Both the position numbers and the translations under genes were made by a program. DNA of 64,000 bases. Origin: an uncultured Acidimicrobiales bacterium. GTDB taxonomy: Bacteria > Actinomycetota > Acidimicrobiia > Acidimicrobiales > UBA8190. The first letter of the stretch is position 1. Each line of letters begins with the position of its first letter. This document shows, one piece after another, positions 28,861 to 37,245 of this stretch. A model generated the notes under the pieces. That model searched no databases, was not told where the DNA came from, and saw only the letters and a program-made list of their open reading frames with translations. The stretch lies in NCBI GenBank assembly GCA_963794615.1, contig CAWCEP010000010.1, positions 43,221 to 107,220 on the forward strand. Direction: 5' to 3'.

Positions 28861-29228
28861 CACCGGACCTTCTCATGGGCGGGGGTATGCGCTGCCCGTG
28901 AGCCCATCTGGGTCCGACCGGTTGTACCGGCTTCGGGTAACCGGGGACCGCGACCCGCGCAGTATTCGCGTCGGCTGAGTGATAGCGGATAGGTCAGGTC
29001 GAAGCCGAGTCCGTCACCTTCGGACTGACTCGGACTGGCAGACGGAGCGTCACCCATCAGGGTGATCCCAACCCTCTCACTCTCAACGGCCAAACACCCG
29101 GCTTGTGCCAAGCTGGGCACCGCGGCCGTCGCTCCCGAAGTCCAGAGGAATCCTCCCCCGTTCCTCGCTACGCTTCGGTCGCGCCTCCAGCCGGACGCGA
29201 GAGGCGCGTGAACCCAAGAGGGGGAAAC

Positions 29229-29861
29229 ATGTATCTGTTTTCACGACGGGCACACCTGAGCAATGCGGCAGGCGTAGAGTGGGCAACCAGCATCCTTGGT
29301 CGCGTCAACGAAGTGACCGGAAGTGGTACCCAGCTCTGGGCCAATGCCTTCTCGCCCGGATTCGGCACCGTCAGTTGGACCTCGTGGTGGGCGGACCTTG
29401 CTTCGCTCGAGACTGCCATGGCCAAGCTGCAAAGCGATGCGAAGTTCAACGCCTTGGCTGCTGATGGTGGTTCGTTCATCGACGGAATCGTCGACGATGG
29501 TCTGCTCCAGACCGTCTCCGGGGAGCCTGACCCTTCAGAGGCGAATGAAGCGCAGTACGTTGCCGGTGTCCAAGCTGTGTGTGCAGGAGGCAACATCGCT
29601 CGTGCCATGACCGTCGGCGTCGAGCTTGCTCAGAAGGGCGAGGCCATTTCCGGAGTGCGGACGCTGTTCATGCGGGCGATCACCGGGCCTTACGGCGCCG
29701 TGGGGTGGCTGAGCGCGTACCCGGACCTAGCTGCCTTCGAGACGGCGCAGGACAAGCTGGCCGTCGACCCGGGTTGGCTCACCCTGGTCGACAGCACCGA
29801 GGGCTGCTTCGTCGAGGATGCTGCTACGACCCAGCAGACCCTCTACACAAAGCTGGCCTGA
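29229..29861 (+). CDS. hypothetical protein with an internal two-fold duplication (~100 aa x 2)
   Basis: RBS 'agaggggg' upstream of ATG 29229. The halves align: 'FSPGFGTVSWTSWWADLASLETAMAKLQSD' versus 'ITGPYGAVGWLSAYPDLAAFETAQDKLAVD'. Confidence 0.6.
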   Translation: MYLFSRRAHLSNAAGVEWATSILGRVNEVTGSGTQLWANAFSPGFGTVSWTSWWADLASLETAMAKLQSDAKFNALAADGGSFIDGIVDDGLLQTVSGEPDPSEANEAQYVAGVQAVCAGGNIARAMTVGVELAQKGEAISGVRTLFMRAITGPYGAVGWLSAYPDLAAFETAQDKLAVDPGWLTLVDSTEGCFVEDAATTQQTLYTKLA

Positions 29862-29874
29862 TCGCAGCACTCGC

Positions 29875-29910
29875 CTGACGGGCCGGGTTCCGATGGACCC
29901 GGCCCGTCAG
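29875..29910. terminator. 14-bp perfect stem hairpin between convergent genes (no U-tract)
   Basis: 'ctgacgggccgggt-tccgatgg-acccggcccgtcag' lies between the stop at 29861 (+) and the stop at 30084 (-). Confidence 0.45.
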
Positions 29911-30083
29911 AAACGAGCCACAATGAGTTGGACATCGGTCGAGATAAGGGCCGCCAACCGTTGACCGCAATGTGTGGCTCGGCCCGTCCTGACGCCATCC
30001 GGACCATAACGTGGGGCCGGAGCGATCCTGAGCGTTTCGGGCAGGTTGGACACTCGAAGCAGCCCCGAGCATCACGGCCTGAG

Positions 30084-31058
30084 TCAGCTCCGTTGCACCC
30101 TCTCAAGTAGAGCCCCAGCGTCTTCGGTAAGGGAACGCACGAGCTGTGAGGCGGGCGCGACGGCGTTGACGAGGGCGACGGATTCCCCTGCATACATGCA
30201 CATCGCCTCGATGTGTCCGCTGACGTCTTGGGTCGGCGGTATCCAGGAGCGGCGCGGCACGGGAATCTCCCCGTCGGCGCCCCGCTTCGTCCCGACCACG
30301 TCGACGTCGATCGCCTCCACGGCATCGATCGCGCAGATGAGCACGCGGGCGCGTGGCGACGACGCGCACAGCGGACAGTCATTGAACGCGTCCGTGATGC
30401 GCGTGCTGTTTGCGCCTGCCGCGAGGATGGCGGCGACGTAGGCGGAATGCGCTGCCGATTCCTCTGTGGCGATGAATCGCGTCCCCATCCGCACGCCCGA
30501 GGCTCCTGCAGCAAGAGCGGCGGCGACACCGCGGGCATCGGCGATGCCTCCGGCGGCGAGGACGGGCACGTCGACGGCGTCGAGCACCTCGCAGAGCAGG
30601 GGCAGCAGGGGGCTGTCGCCGCGACAGTGGCCCCCAGCCTCGACACCCTGGGCGCAAACCATGTCGGCGCCCGCCCGGACCGCCGCTCGCGCCTCCCCCA
30701 CGGATCCGACCTGCCAGTTGACCAGCGCCCCACCCCTGTGGGCGATGTCGACCAGGTCCGGCCGGGGGTTGCTCCAGAAGAAGTCAATGACCCGCACTCG
30801 CGTTGCGGCATCCGCGACGGCGTCGACGTCGATGTCGTCGGTCAGGAAGCTCACCGCCAGCACGCCGTCGGTCTGTTGATGCATGTCGTCGAGATGCTGC
30901 CTAAGGGCTTCCCTCGCCATGCCGAGAGTGTTGATCGAGCCGATGCCTCCGGCCTCGGCGACCGCGACCGCGAGGCTCGGCGATGAAACCGTGCCCATCG
31001 GAGCCTGCTGGATGGGCGCCGTACATCCGACGAGATCGGTAAGACGCGTCCGGATCAT
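30084..31058 (-). CDS. nitronate monooxygenase / NMO-family FMN oxidoreductase
   Basis: 'PIQQAPMGTVSSPSLAVAVAEAGGIGSI' and 'VPVLAAGGIADARGVAAALAAGASGVRMGTRF' are typical of the NMO (2-nitropropane dioxygenase) family. Confidence 0.85.
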   Translation of the reverse strand: MIRTRLTDLVGCTAPIQQAPMGTVSSPSLAVAVAEAGGIGSINTLGMAREALRQHLDDMHQQTDGVLAVSFLTDDIDVDAVADAATRVRVIDFFWSNPRPDLVDIAHRGGALVNWQVGSVGEARAAVRAGADMVCAQGVEAGGHCRGDSPLLPLLCEVLDAVDVPVLAAGGIADARGVAAALAAGASGVRMGTRFIATEESAAHSAYVAAILAAGANSTRITDAFNDCPLCASSPRARVLICAIDAVEAIDVDVVGTKRGADGEIPVPRRSWIPPTQDVSGHIEAMCMYAGESVALVNAVAPASQLVRSLTEDAGALLERVQRS

Positions 31059-31473
31059 CCTGTGTCTGCCTCCCCGCCCTGGAGTGTCACCGCGGCGAAC
31101 TGTAGCGTCGCCCCCAGGTGGCCGCTTGGGTCGATGGTGTCAAAGGTCGCATGACCGACCGAGAAGTGCGGCCGTTCCCGACCGGGGTCTGAGAGCTTCG
31201 GCGAGGACCGTTGGGTAATCGGTGCAGGGGATACCGTGCGCGTTGTGTACCCATCTGGCCATCCTCAGGGATGCCGGAGTTGTGCACCTCGGCCCGGAGC
31301 TGAACCCGAACAGTATTCGCGGCCCCGGAACGATTTCGGATGGCCTGCCGCGCGACGAGCCTTCAAGTCCCCGAACTCACACAGCATTAGATGCTCTACC
31401 TCCAGCGTCGGCCCCAGCGGCACAAGACTCAGCGGACTAGTGTCGCTCGGCGATCGTGTTCCGAGGAGGCATC

Positions 31474-32292
31474 ATGGGCGGGCTTGAAGGTCTCTCAGCA
31501 TTTGTCACAGGCGGGGGAACCGGGATCGGCCTTGCCTGCGCCCAGGAGATCGTGGCGCAAGGCGGCACCGTTGCGATCGCCGGGCGCCGAGAGGACATCC
31601 TCCAGGACGCCGCTCGGGAGATCGGTGAGCGGGCCATTGCTGTGCAATGCGATGTGACCGACAACGATTCGGTCAAAAAGGCGGTGGAGACGGCCGTCGA
31701 ACACAACGGACCCCTCCGCCTGGCAGTGAACTGCGCATATCAGGCCATGGTCGGCAGTGTGTTGGCGACACCGCCAGACCTCTTTGCGATGACGGTCGAG
31801 AGCACTCTCACTGGCACGTATCGCTCTCTCCAGGCCGAGGCCAGAGCTATCCGAGAAGCTGGAGGCGGAAGCATCGTGAACGTCAGTTCGTTGGCTGCCA
31901 CCCATGTCAGCCGCTGGCAGTCGGCATACGGTGCCGCAAAGGCCGGAGTGGACATGCTCACTCGGGTTGCCGCTGACGAACTTGGGCCTCACGGCATCCG
32001 AGTGAACGCCGTTCTTCCCGGGCTGGTCACGACCGAGACAGCCTCACCACTGACCGAAGACGATGTGGTCCGGCAACAGTTTCTCGGCGAGATTCCTCTT
32101 GGGAGATTGGGCGATCCCGCCGACATCGCTCGCTGTGTCGGGTTCCTCCTGAGTTCAAACTCGTCTTACGTAACGGGCCAGTGCATCGGAGTCGACGGCG
32201 GCCAGTCTTTGAGGCGACTTCCAGATATCGGGTATCTCTTTCACAGTTTTGTCCCCGACTTCTTTGCAGAAGGTGAGCCCGGGGCTCCCTGA
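31474..32292 (+). CDS. short-chain dehydrogenase/reductase (SDR)
   Basis: 'AFVTGGGTGIGLA' (TGxxxGxG), 'NCA', and a catalytic 'YGAAKAG'-type motif. RBS 'gaggagg' upstream of ATG 31474. Confidence 0.85.
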   Translation: MGGLEGLSAFVTGGGTGIGLACAQEIVAQGGTVAIAGRREDILQDAAREIGERAIAVQCDVTDNDSVKKAVETAVEHNGPLRLAVNCAYQAMVGSVLATPPDLFAMTVESTLTGTYRSLQAEARAIREAGGGSIVNVSSLAATHVSRWQSAYGAAKAGVDMLTRVAADELGPHGIRVNAVLPGLVTTETASPLTEDDVVRQQFLGEIPLGRLGDPADIARCVGFLLSSNSSYVTGQCIGVDGGQSLRRLPDIGYLFHSFVPDFFAEGEPGAP

Positions 32293-32709
32293 TCTTGACC
32301 GTAGGAAGCCGTCCGGGAAGAAGCCGATCCCGACGGGTCGGATATCGCTCCCGCGACGGGGCTAAGGACGCACGGTACTCGGGGGTATACGTGCCCGATG
32401 TCTTCCTCTGCCTCCGACAGGTTGCACCGAAGTCGGGTAACCGGGCCGATTGGCGAACAACGCAGTTTCTGCGTCGCTGAACATTTCCGGGCGGCTCCCC
32501 TTGGGGCTCCCTATCCGGCGACGGGGCGACATTGGGGGTGGATCCGGACCTCGTCGGCATTGTCTTTCTGACATCACAGGCGCCGGACAATGAACTCCAT
32601 CGACAGCTATGCGCCAGGGTCCGATCCCGTTTTCGGACTAATGGCCCTGTGACCGCCGTCCCTGGGTTGTCAACATAGAAGCGGGCCGCTAGGAGGACGG
32701 CCGAGGAAG

Positions 32710-33174
32710 GTGGGTCTGGTGACGATGACGAAAACAACGCTACCCAGCCATCGGTGGGGGGACCCACAGTCACGATCCCTGCGGCCTCTCAACGAGAGAT
32801 CGTCGTTCGGCAAACGCCACGTCGCCTTGGCGTGTCTCCTCCTGGGCGTCGTCTTCGCTGGGATCTACTTCTTCACCGCTGAGTTCGGTGGTGTTGTAAA
32901 CACCTATAGCGCAACTATTGACGAGATCAACCCGGTCGGATATAGCCAGCTCGCGGTATGGGTCGAGGTGAAAAATCTCGGAAGCTCCTCGGGGACGCCA
33001 ACATGCCGGATCCAAGTGAACTCACCCGACGGGTCCGTCACCGGTGCGTGGACCCAAGAGGTCACCAGCCCCATCCTCGGAGGATCGGAAACCGACTTCG
33101 AGTTTACGATTCCGGTCACGACCAGTGGCGCAAACAGCGTGACGGCTGGCGCCTCGAATGTGAGTTGTCAGTAG
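32710..33174 (+). CDS. membrane-anchored hypothetical protein (N-terminal TM, beta-rich ectodomain)
   Basis: TM 'VALACLLLGVVFAGIYFF' followed by 'LAVWVEVKNLGSSSGTPTCRIQVNSPDGSVTG'. Confidence 0.55.
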   Translation: MGLVTMTKTTLPSHRWGDPQSRSLRPLNERSSFGKRHVALACLLLGVVFAGIYFFTAEFGGVVNTYSATIDEINPVGYSQLAVWVEVKNLGSSSGTPTCRIQVNSPDGSVTGAWTQEVTSPILGGSETDFEFTIPVTTSGANSVTAGASNVSCQ

Positions 33175-33371
33175 TTGGTGCTGGAACACACTGGGGAACA
33201 CCGCTCGTCGCATCGCCACGGCGTTGCTGACCGTACGGTAATCGGGGATCCCGGTCGCATCGTGTATCCACCTGGACCGCGCTGGAGTGTCGTTTGGGCG
33301 CTATGGATTGAAGCCAATGCGGAGTCCATGGGCCATCCGGTATCACGCGTTTCGGGTTCTCGGGTTCTCGG

Positions 33372-34298
33372 TCAGCTGGCTTCTTGAAAACGCTGCCAAC
33401 GAACCTCAAGGAGCTCCGGATTCGGGTGAGCAGCCCTACGATTGGGGAGCTGGATCCTCTGGCCGTCGATCTCCTGCAGTGTGTGCCGAAGCGTGGGCCC
33501 ATCGAGTTCTTTCATGACATCAGGGCGGACCCCCACCTCGTACTTGGGGTTAATGCCGAAGATGTCTGCGTCATAGGCGGCGTGATGGATCTTGCACATG
33601 GCGATGCCATTGGTGACGATGGGCTGACCGCCTTCTGCGTCGGCCAGGACGTGGGCTGCGTCGAGAAGACGCGTGTGACGAAGACGGCAGATAGAGCATT
33701 GGTTCTCGTAGGCGAGAAGCACGCGTTGTCGAAACAGGGGCTGGTGCAGGCGGGCCTTCACGACCCGTTCGGCGTAGGAGCGGACGAGTTCGGGGTCCTC
33801 GTCTAACAGGTCGTGACGGACTCGGAGGGCCTCCTCGGAAAGAGAGACCACAAATTGCTGCGCGTACGACTCCTCGTCAGCCAACCAAACCGGATAGATG
33901 GGGTAGTAGACACCTGACGCGACCCCTTGGAACCAGATGAGCGGCAGAGCAAGCGTCATGGCCAGGCGAAGGGCGCGATTGTCGGGATGCGTCGGATCGA
34001 CGCCCCGCCACTTATAGCGGATGAACCCATCGGGTCCGACCTCGTCGTCGTAGGGGCGTTGGCTCGGATCCGACGCGAATACGGTGCGGAAGCTGAGCGC
34101 GGCTTGAAGCCGGCGGGGCTTCCAGATCCCTTGCTGGGTGGCCATGAGACGAAGAGGCGACCCCTCGAAACTGAAGGGCGTGAGGTCGTCCTGGCGCACC
34201 AAGGCTTGTCCCCTCGTCGCCAGCCCGTCGAGATAGGCGAAGGCGGCTGCCCGTAGGCGCCCATCAGTCTCTGCATCGAAGGCCGGCATCGACAGCAA
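33372..34298 (-). CDS. HNH endonuclease with SRA/PUA-like N-terminal domain (candidate modification-dependent, type IV-like restriction enzyme)
   Basis: The C-terminus 'CSICRLRHTRLLDAAHVLADAEGGQPIVTNGIAMCKIHHAAYD' is the HNH_2 pattern. The N-terminus 'QQGIWKPRRL...PYDDEVGPDGFIRYKWRGVDPTHPDNRALRLAM...PLIWFQGVASGVYYPIYPVWL' is reminiscent of the SRA/YDG architecture. Confidence 0.65.
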   Translation of the reverse strand: MLSMPAFDAETDGRLRAAAFAYLDGLATRGQALVRQDDLTPFSFEGSPLRLMATQQGIWKPRRLQAALSFRTVFASDPSQRPYDDEVGPDGFIRYKWRGVDPTHPDNRALRLAMTLALPLIWFQGVASGVYYPIYPVWLADEESYAQQFVVSLSEEALRVRHDLLDEDPELVRSYAERVVKARLHQPLFRQRVLLAYENQCSICRLRHTRLLDAAHVLADAEGGQPIVTNGIAMCKIHHAAYDADIFGINPKYEVGVRPDVMKELDGPTLRHTLQEIDGQRIQLPNRRAAHPNPELLEVRWQRFQEAS

Positions 34299-34539
34299 TC
34301 TAGCTATCAGTGCCCCGACCTGGGAGTTGTCGATTGCGGGCAGCGATACACCCTCTTGCTATGAATGACCGGATCGGTGCCTCTGGCGCCCGCAATGTGG
34401 ACTCGATCGTGAAACGGACACGACGTGCGCCAGCGCGAGCATCCAGGGAAACGCGGACCGAATACCCCCTAGTCCCACGCGGGGTACGTCCAGCCTCTCC
34501 AAGGAAGGGGACGATCTCGACACCCCGGTTGGATCTTTC

Positions 34540-35367
34540 GTGCGCGCCTTGGCCGTGGATCTCGGTTTGGACCAAGACACGCCAGCCAACTACCGAACTC
34601 GTCGTCAGCTGCTCCGACTGTCGTTATGGGCGACGGGGGAGGGACTCGCCCTCGACCGAGAAGTAATCCTCGATCCCAGCACCGTCGATCGCTTCGCCGA
34701 GATGGCCCTGGCCAATGACCGTTCCCGAGCCACCTACCGAGCTGCGCTCCGCCGGGTAGGTCCCCTTCTCACTAAGCGTGCGCCGTGGGAGCCGCGTCCC
34801 GCGTCGCTGGCGCGCCGCCAGGTTGCCCCGCCCTACACCGCACCCGAGGTGCTGATTCTTCGCAAGGACGCCCTCGTCCAACCCACCGCCGCTCGCCGTA
34901 GAGCGGCACGCGCACTTCTGGCGCTGGGTCTCGGTACGGGACTCGATGGTCGCTGGGTGACCCAAGTGACTGCCCGTGACGTCCACGCGTCGAGTTCGGG
35001 GGTCGTGGTGGAAGTAGGGGCGCCCATGGGGAGGCCCGTGATCGCCCGTGCCGAGTGGGAAGAGGAGCTCATTGCCTTGGCGGAGACCGCAGGTGATGAG
35101 TTTCTGGTCGGCGGGTATTCCACCTCGATCCGTCGAACCGGGCACCTCACCGAGAGGCTGGTGGTGCCGACGGGCCATCCTCGACTGGCACCGGCGCGAC
35201 TGCGCTCGACCTGGCTCGTCACCCATCTGAGCGCTGGGACCCGGCTGCCCGAGCTGTGTCGAGCGGCGGGCTTGGAAGGTGTCACCGTGGTCTCGGACCT
35301 TCTCGAGTTGGTCGAGCCCCTGGACGTCGCATCGTCCACGGCCATGCTGCGAGGAATCCCACGGTGA
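34540..35367 (+). CDS. tyrosine-recombinase-like protein (catalytic residues not all recognisable)
   Basis: 'RALLALGLGTGLDGRWVTQVTARDV' is box-I-like. 'PARLRSTWLVTHLSAGTRLPELCRAAGLEGV' is box-II-like, but I could not locate the canonical His and Tyr. The stop overlaps the next start (GTGA at 35364-35367). Confidence 0.45.
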   Translation: MRALAVDLGLDQDTPANYRTRRQLLRLSLWATGEGLALDREVILDPSTVDRFAEMALANDRSRATYRAALRRVGPLLTKRAPWEPRPASLARRQVAPPYTAPEVLILRKDALVQPTAARRRAARALLALGLGTGLDGRWVTQVTARDVHASSSGVVVEVGAPMGRPVIARAEWEEELIALAETAGDEFLVGGYSTSIRRTGHLTERLVVPTGHPRLAPARLRSTWLVTHLSAGTRLPELCRAAGLEGVTVVSDLLELVEPLDVASSTAMLRGIPR

Positions 35368-37034
35368 CCCGAGCTCCGATCGACACGAGCGCGGGACGAC
35401 CGACGAGCTCAGCCGAGCTGAACATCGCTCGGCAGGTGATCCGGCGCTCCGGCCTCGTCGACATCTTGGCGCCGTGTATCGATGCCGAGGTCGGCCGCCC
35501 TCGCCTCCTCGGTCTTGAGGCCCTGTTGGTCGCGTTCCAGCTCAATGCCCTGCACCGCCACCATCAAGCGCATCTGGTCGAGGGGGCTCGGATCCTCAAC
35601 GCCCTCACCGACGATCAGCGCGCTGCGCTCTCGATCACGAACTGGGACCGTGACGAGACTTATGACCGGGTGGAACGGCTCTTCGTGAGGTTGTGTCAGG
35701 TTCTCGAATCTCACGAGGCCGGCATCGACTCCACGGGGTTCACCAACGAGCTCGCCCGAGCCGCCATTCCGAAGGAACTGCTGACGAGTCGATCGGTGGC
35801 GGTCGACGGCACCGACGTCGAAACCTGGGGCGCGCTGCGCGGCGCGTCGTTCACCGTCGAGCTCGACGGTGATGCGGCGGACACGCAACTCATCGATGAG
35901 GGAACCGCTTCGCCGTCAGCTAAGACGAAGGTGAAGACGGCCAAGGTATTCAACATCGGTACCGATGGGCGTAAGCGCTACACCGCCGACCCCGACGCCC
36001 GCGCCGGCCACCGATCGTCGACCGGCTCTCGCAACGCCGGACCGTATGTCGGATACGAGCTTCATCTCGCCGTGCAGACCCGAGATGTGCGCTGGACCAA
36101 TCACATCGACAAGACCACGCTCGGCGCCGAGGTCCCCGGCGTGATCACGACCTGCAACCTGGTGCCGGCCGGATCGCACCGGGGAGATGCCGTCGTCGGC
36201 GCCTTGATCGCTTCGAAGAAGTCCGTGTGTGACATCGACGACGTGATCTGGGACCCGGGCTACTCGTTGTGTCAGCCTGGCACCACCTCATACCCTCTCG
36301 CCCAGGCTGGGATCGAGCAGACTCTGGAGCTCGTGACCCACCAACGGGGCATCCGTCCCTTTGCCGGGGAGGCGCTTCTGCTCGACGGCCAGCTCTATTC
36401 CCCGTTGTTGCCGGCCGAGCTCCGTGACCTGGCGGCCCCGCCACGGTTCGCGACCGGGGCCTATCGGCGCGCCTATGAGGAGAAGTTCAATCGACGGGCC
36501 AGGTGGCGCCTGGTGCGCCACGCCGCTCCCGATGCAGATGGTGTCACACGCTGGCGCTGTCCGTTCTGTGCGGGGCTCCTCCGGAGTCGTCGGTTCCCGA
36601 GAACCATGCGACGCTCTCGCCAAGCACCCATGGTGGAGATCCCCGAAGGCGTGACGCAGTGCTGCTCTGGCATCTTGTCCGCCCCGCCCGCGGAACTTCC
36701 CATCACCCAGAAGATCCCGTTCGGCACCACCGCCTGGCGAATCTCGATGTACCGACGTCAGGTCGTCGAATCGGCCAACTCCGCGCTCAAGGGTGCATTC
36801 GCTGACCTGTCACGAGGATTCTTCCGGGTCTTCGGTCAGACCAAGATCTCCGTACTGCTCGGATTCACCCTGGCTGCCTACAACCTCGACCGCGTCCGCA
36901 GCTTCAGGGCCAAGAAGGCTGAAGAAGAGGCCAAGCCCGTCCGGAGAGCCAAACGACGGTTGGGTACGTGGAACGACTGCATCTCGAGAGATGCCGATGT
37001 CGTCCCGCCCAGTGCGACGGGGCCACCGGACTAG
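35364..37034 (+). CDS. DDE transposase-like protein (IS4/IS1182-type signature) with inserted Cys4 ribbon
   Basis: 'VAVDGTDVETW' (D1), 'YVGYELHLAVQ', 'VIWDPGYS' (D2), 'RRQVVESANSALKGAFADLSRGFFRVFGQTKISVLLGFTLAAYNLDRV' (E plus the C-terminal signature), and 'WRCPFCAG...CCSG'. The GTG start overlaps the upstream stop. Confidence 0.6.
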   Translation: MTRAPIDTSAGRPTSSAELNIARQVIRRSGLVDILAPCIDAEVGRPRLLGLEALLVAFQLNALHRHHQAHLVEGARILNALTDDQRAALSITNWDRDETYDRVERLFVRLCQVLESHEAGIDSTGFTNELARAAIPKELLTSRSVAVDGTDVETWGALRGASFTVELDGDAADTQLIDEGTASPSAKTKVKTAKVFNIGTDGRKRYTADPDARAGHRSSTGSRNAGPYVGYELHLAVQTRDVRWTNHIDKTTLGAEVPGVITTCNLVPAGSHRGDAVVGALIASKKSVCDIDDVIWDPGYSLCQPGTTSYPLAQAGIEQTLELVTHQRGIRPFAGEALLLDGQLYSPLLPAELRDLAAPPRFATGAYRRAYEEKFNRRARWRLVRHAAPDADGVTRWRCPFCAGLLRSRRFPRTMRRSRQAPMVEIPEGVTQCCSGILSAPPAELPITQKIPFGTTAWRISMYRRQVVESANSALKGAFADLSRGFFRVFGQTKISVLLGFTLAAYNLDRVRSFRAKKAEEEAKPVRRAKRRLGTWNDCISRDADVVPPSATGPPD

Positions 37035-37114
37035 CTGCGTCAGCTCCAGCAGCAACAGGAAACCCGTCCCGCGGGATTTCTGCGCGCCCGGACACGCGAA
37101 TCTGATCCGTTCCG

Positions 37115-37236
37115 AACAGAAACCGCCGGCCCTCGGGCCGGCGGTTTCTTCATTTCGAGGGGTGGCGGAGAGTCAAAGACTCATCGCCACCTCCAACAAT
37201 GGGTTTCATGAACACTCCGGGCTTCATTTCATGAAC
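37115..37236. repeat. direct repeat copy B (candidate ssrA-proximal att site)
   Basis: Aligns with 2105-2227 and ends 10 bp from the ssrA 3' end at 37246. Confidence 0.75.
37121..37148. terminator. bidirectional intrinsic terminator (ssrA on the minus strand, transposase gene on the plus strand)
   Basis: Perfect hairpin 'aaaccgccggccc-tcg-ggccggcggttt' with T-tracts on both strands ('tttcttcattt' on plus, 'tttctgttc' on minus). Confidence 0.7.
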
Positions 37237-37245
37237 ACCCACGAG

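Noticed and set aside
28880-29100. Group II intron fragment or IS110-type bridge/guide RNA
   Set aside because: I could not find a domain V consensus, a GUGYG 5' end or an adjacent RT ORF. The neighbouring IS110 gene is truncated at both ends, so its native non-coding flank is probably gone. The stretch is kept only as a low-priority item for an Rfam scan.
29843-30811. 322-aa minus-strand ORF overlapping the NMO gene
   Set aside because: It is in a different frame of the same strand as the well-supported nitronate monooxygenase gene (30084..31058). The product is Arg/Pro/Ser-rich with no motifs.
1-37245. A displaced copy of the ssrA 3' end marking the distal island border, the classic tmRNA-island signature
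   Set aside because: No second occurrence of the T-arm/acceptor sequence ('ggttcgattcccgccacc' or its complement) was found anywhere in the window. The duplicated sequence is the trailer/terminator instead.
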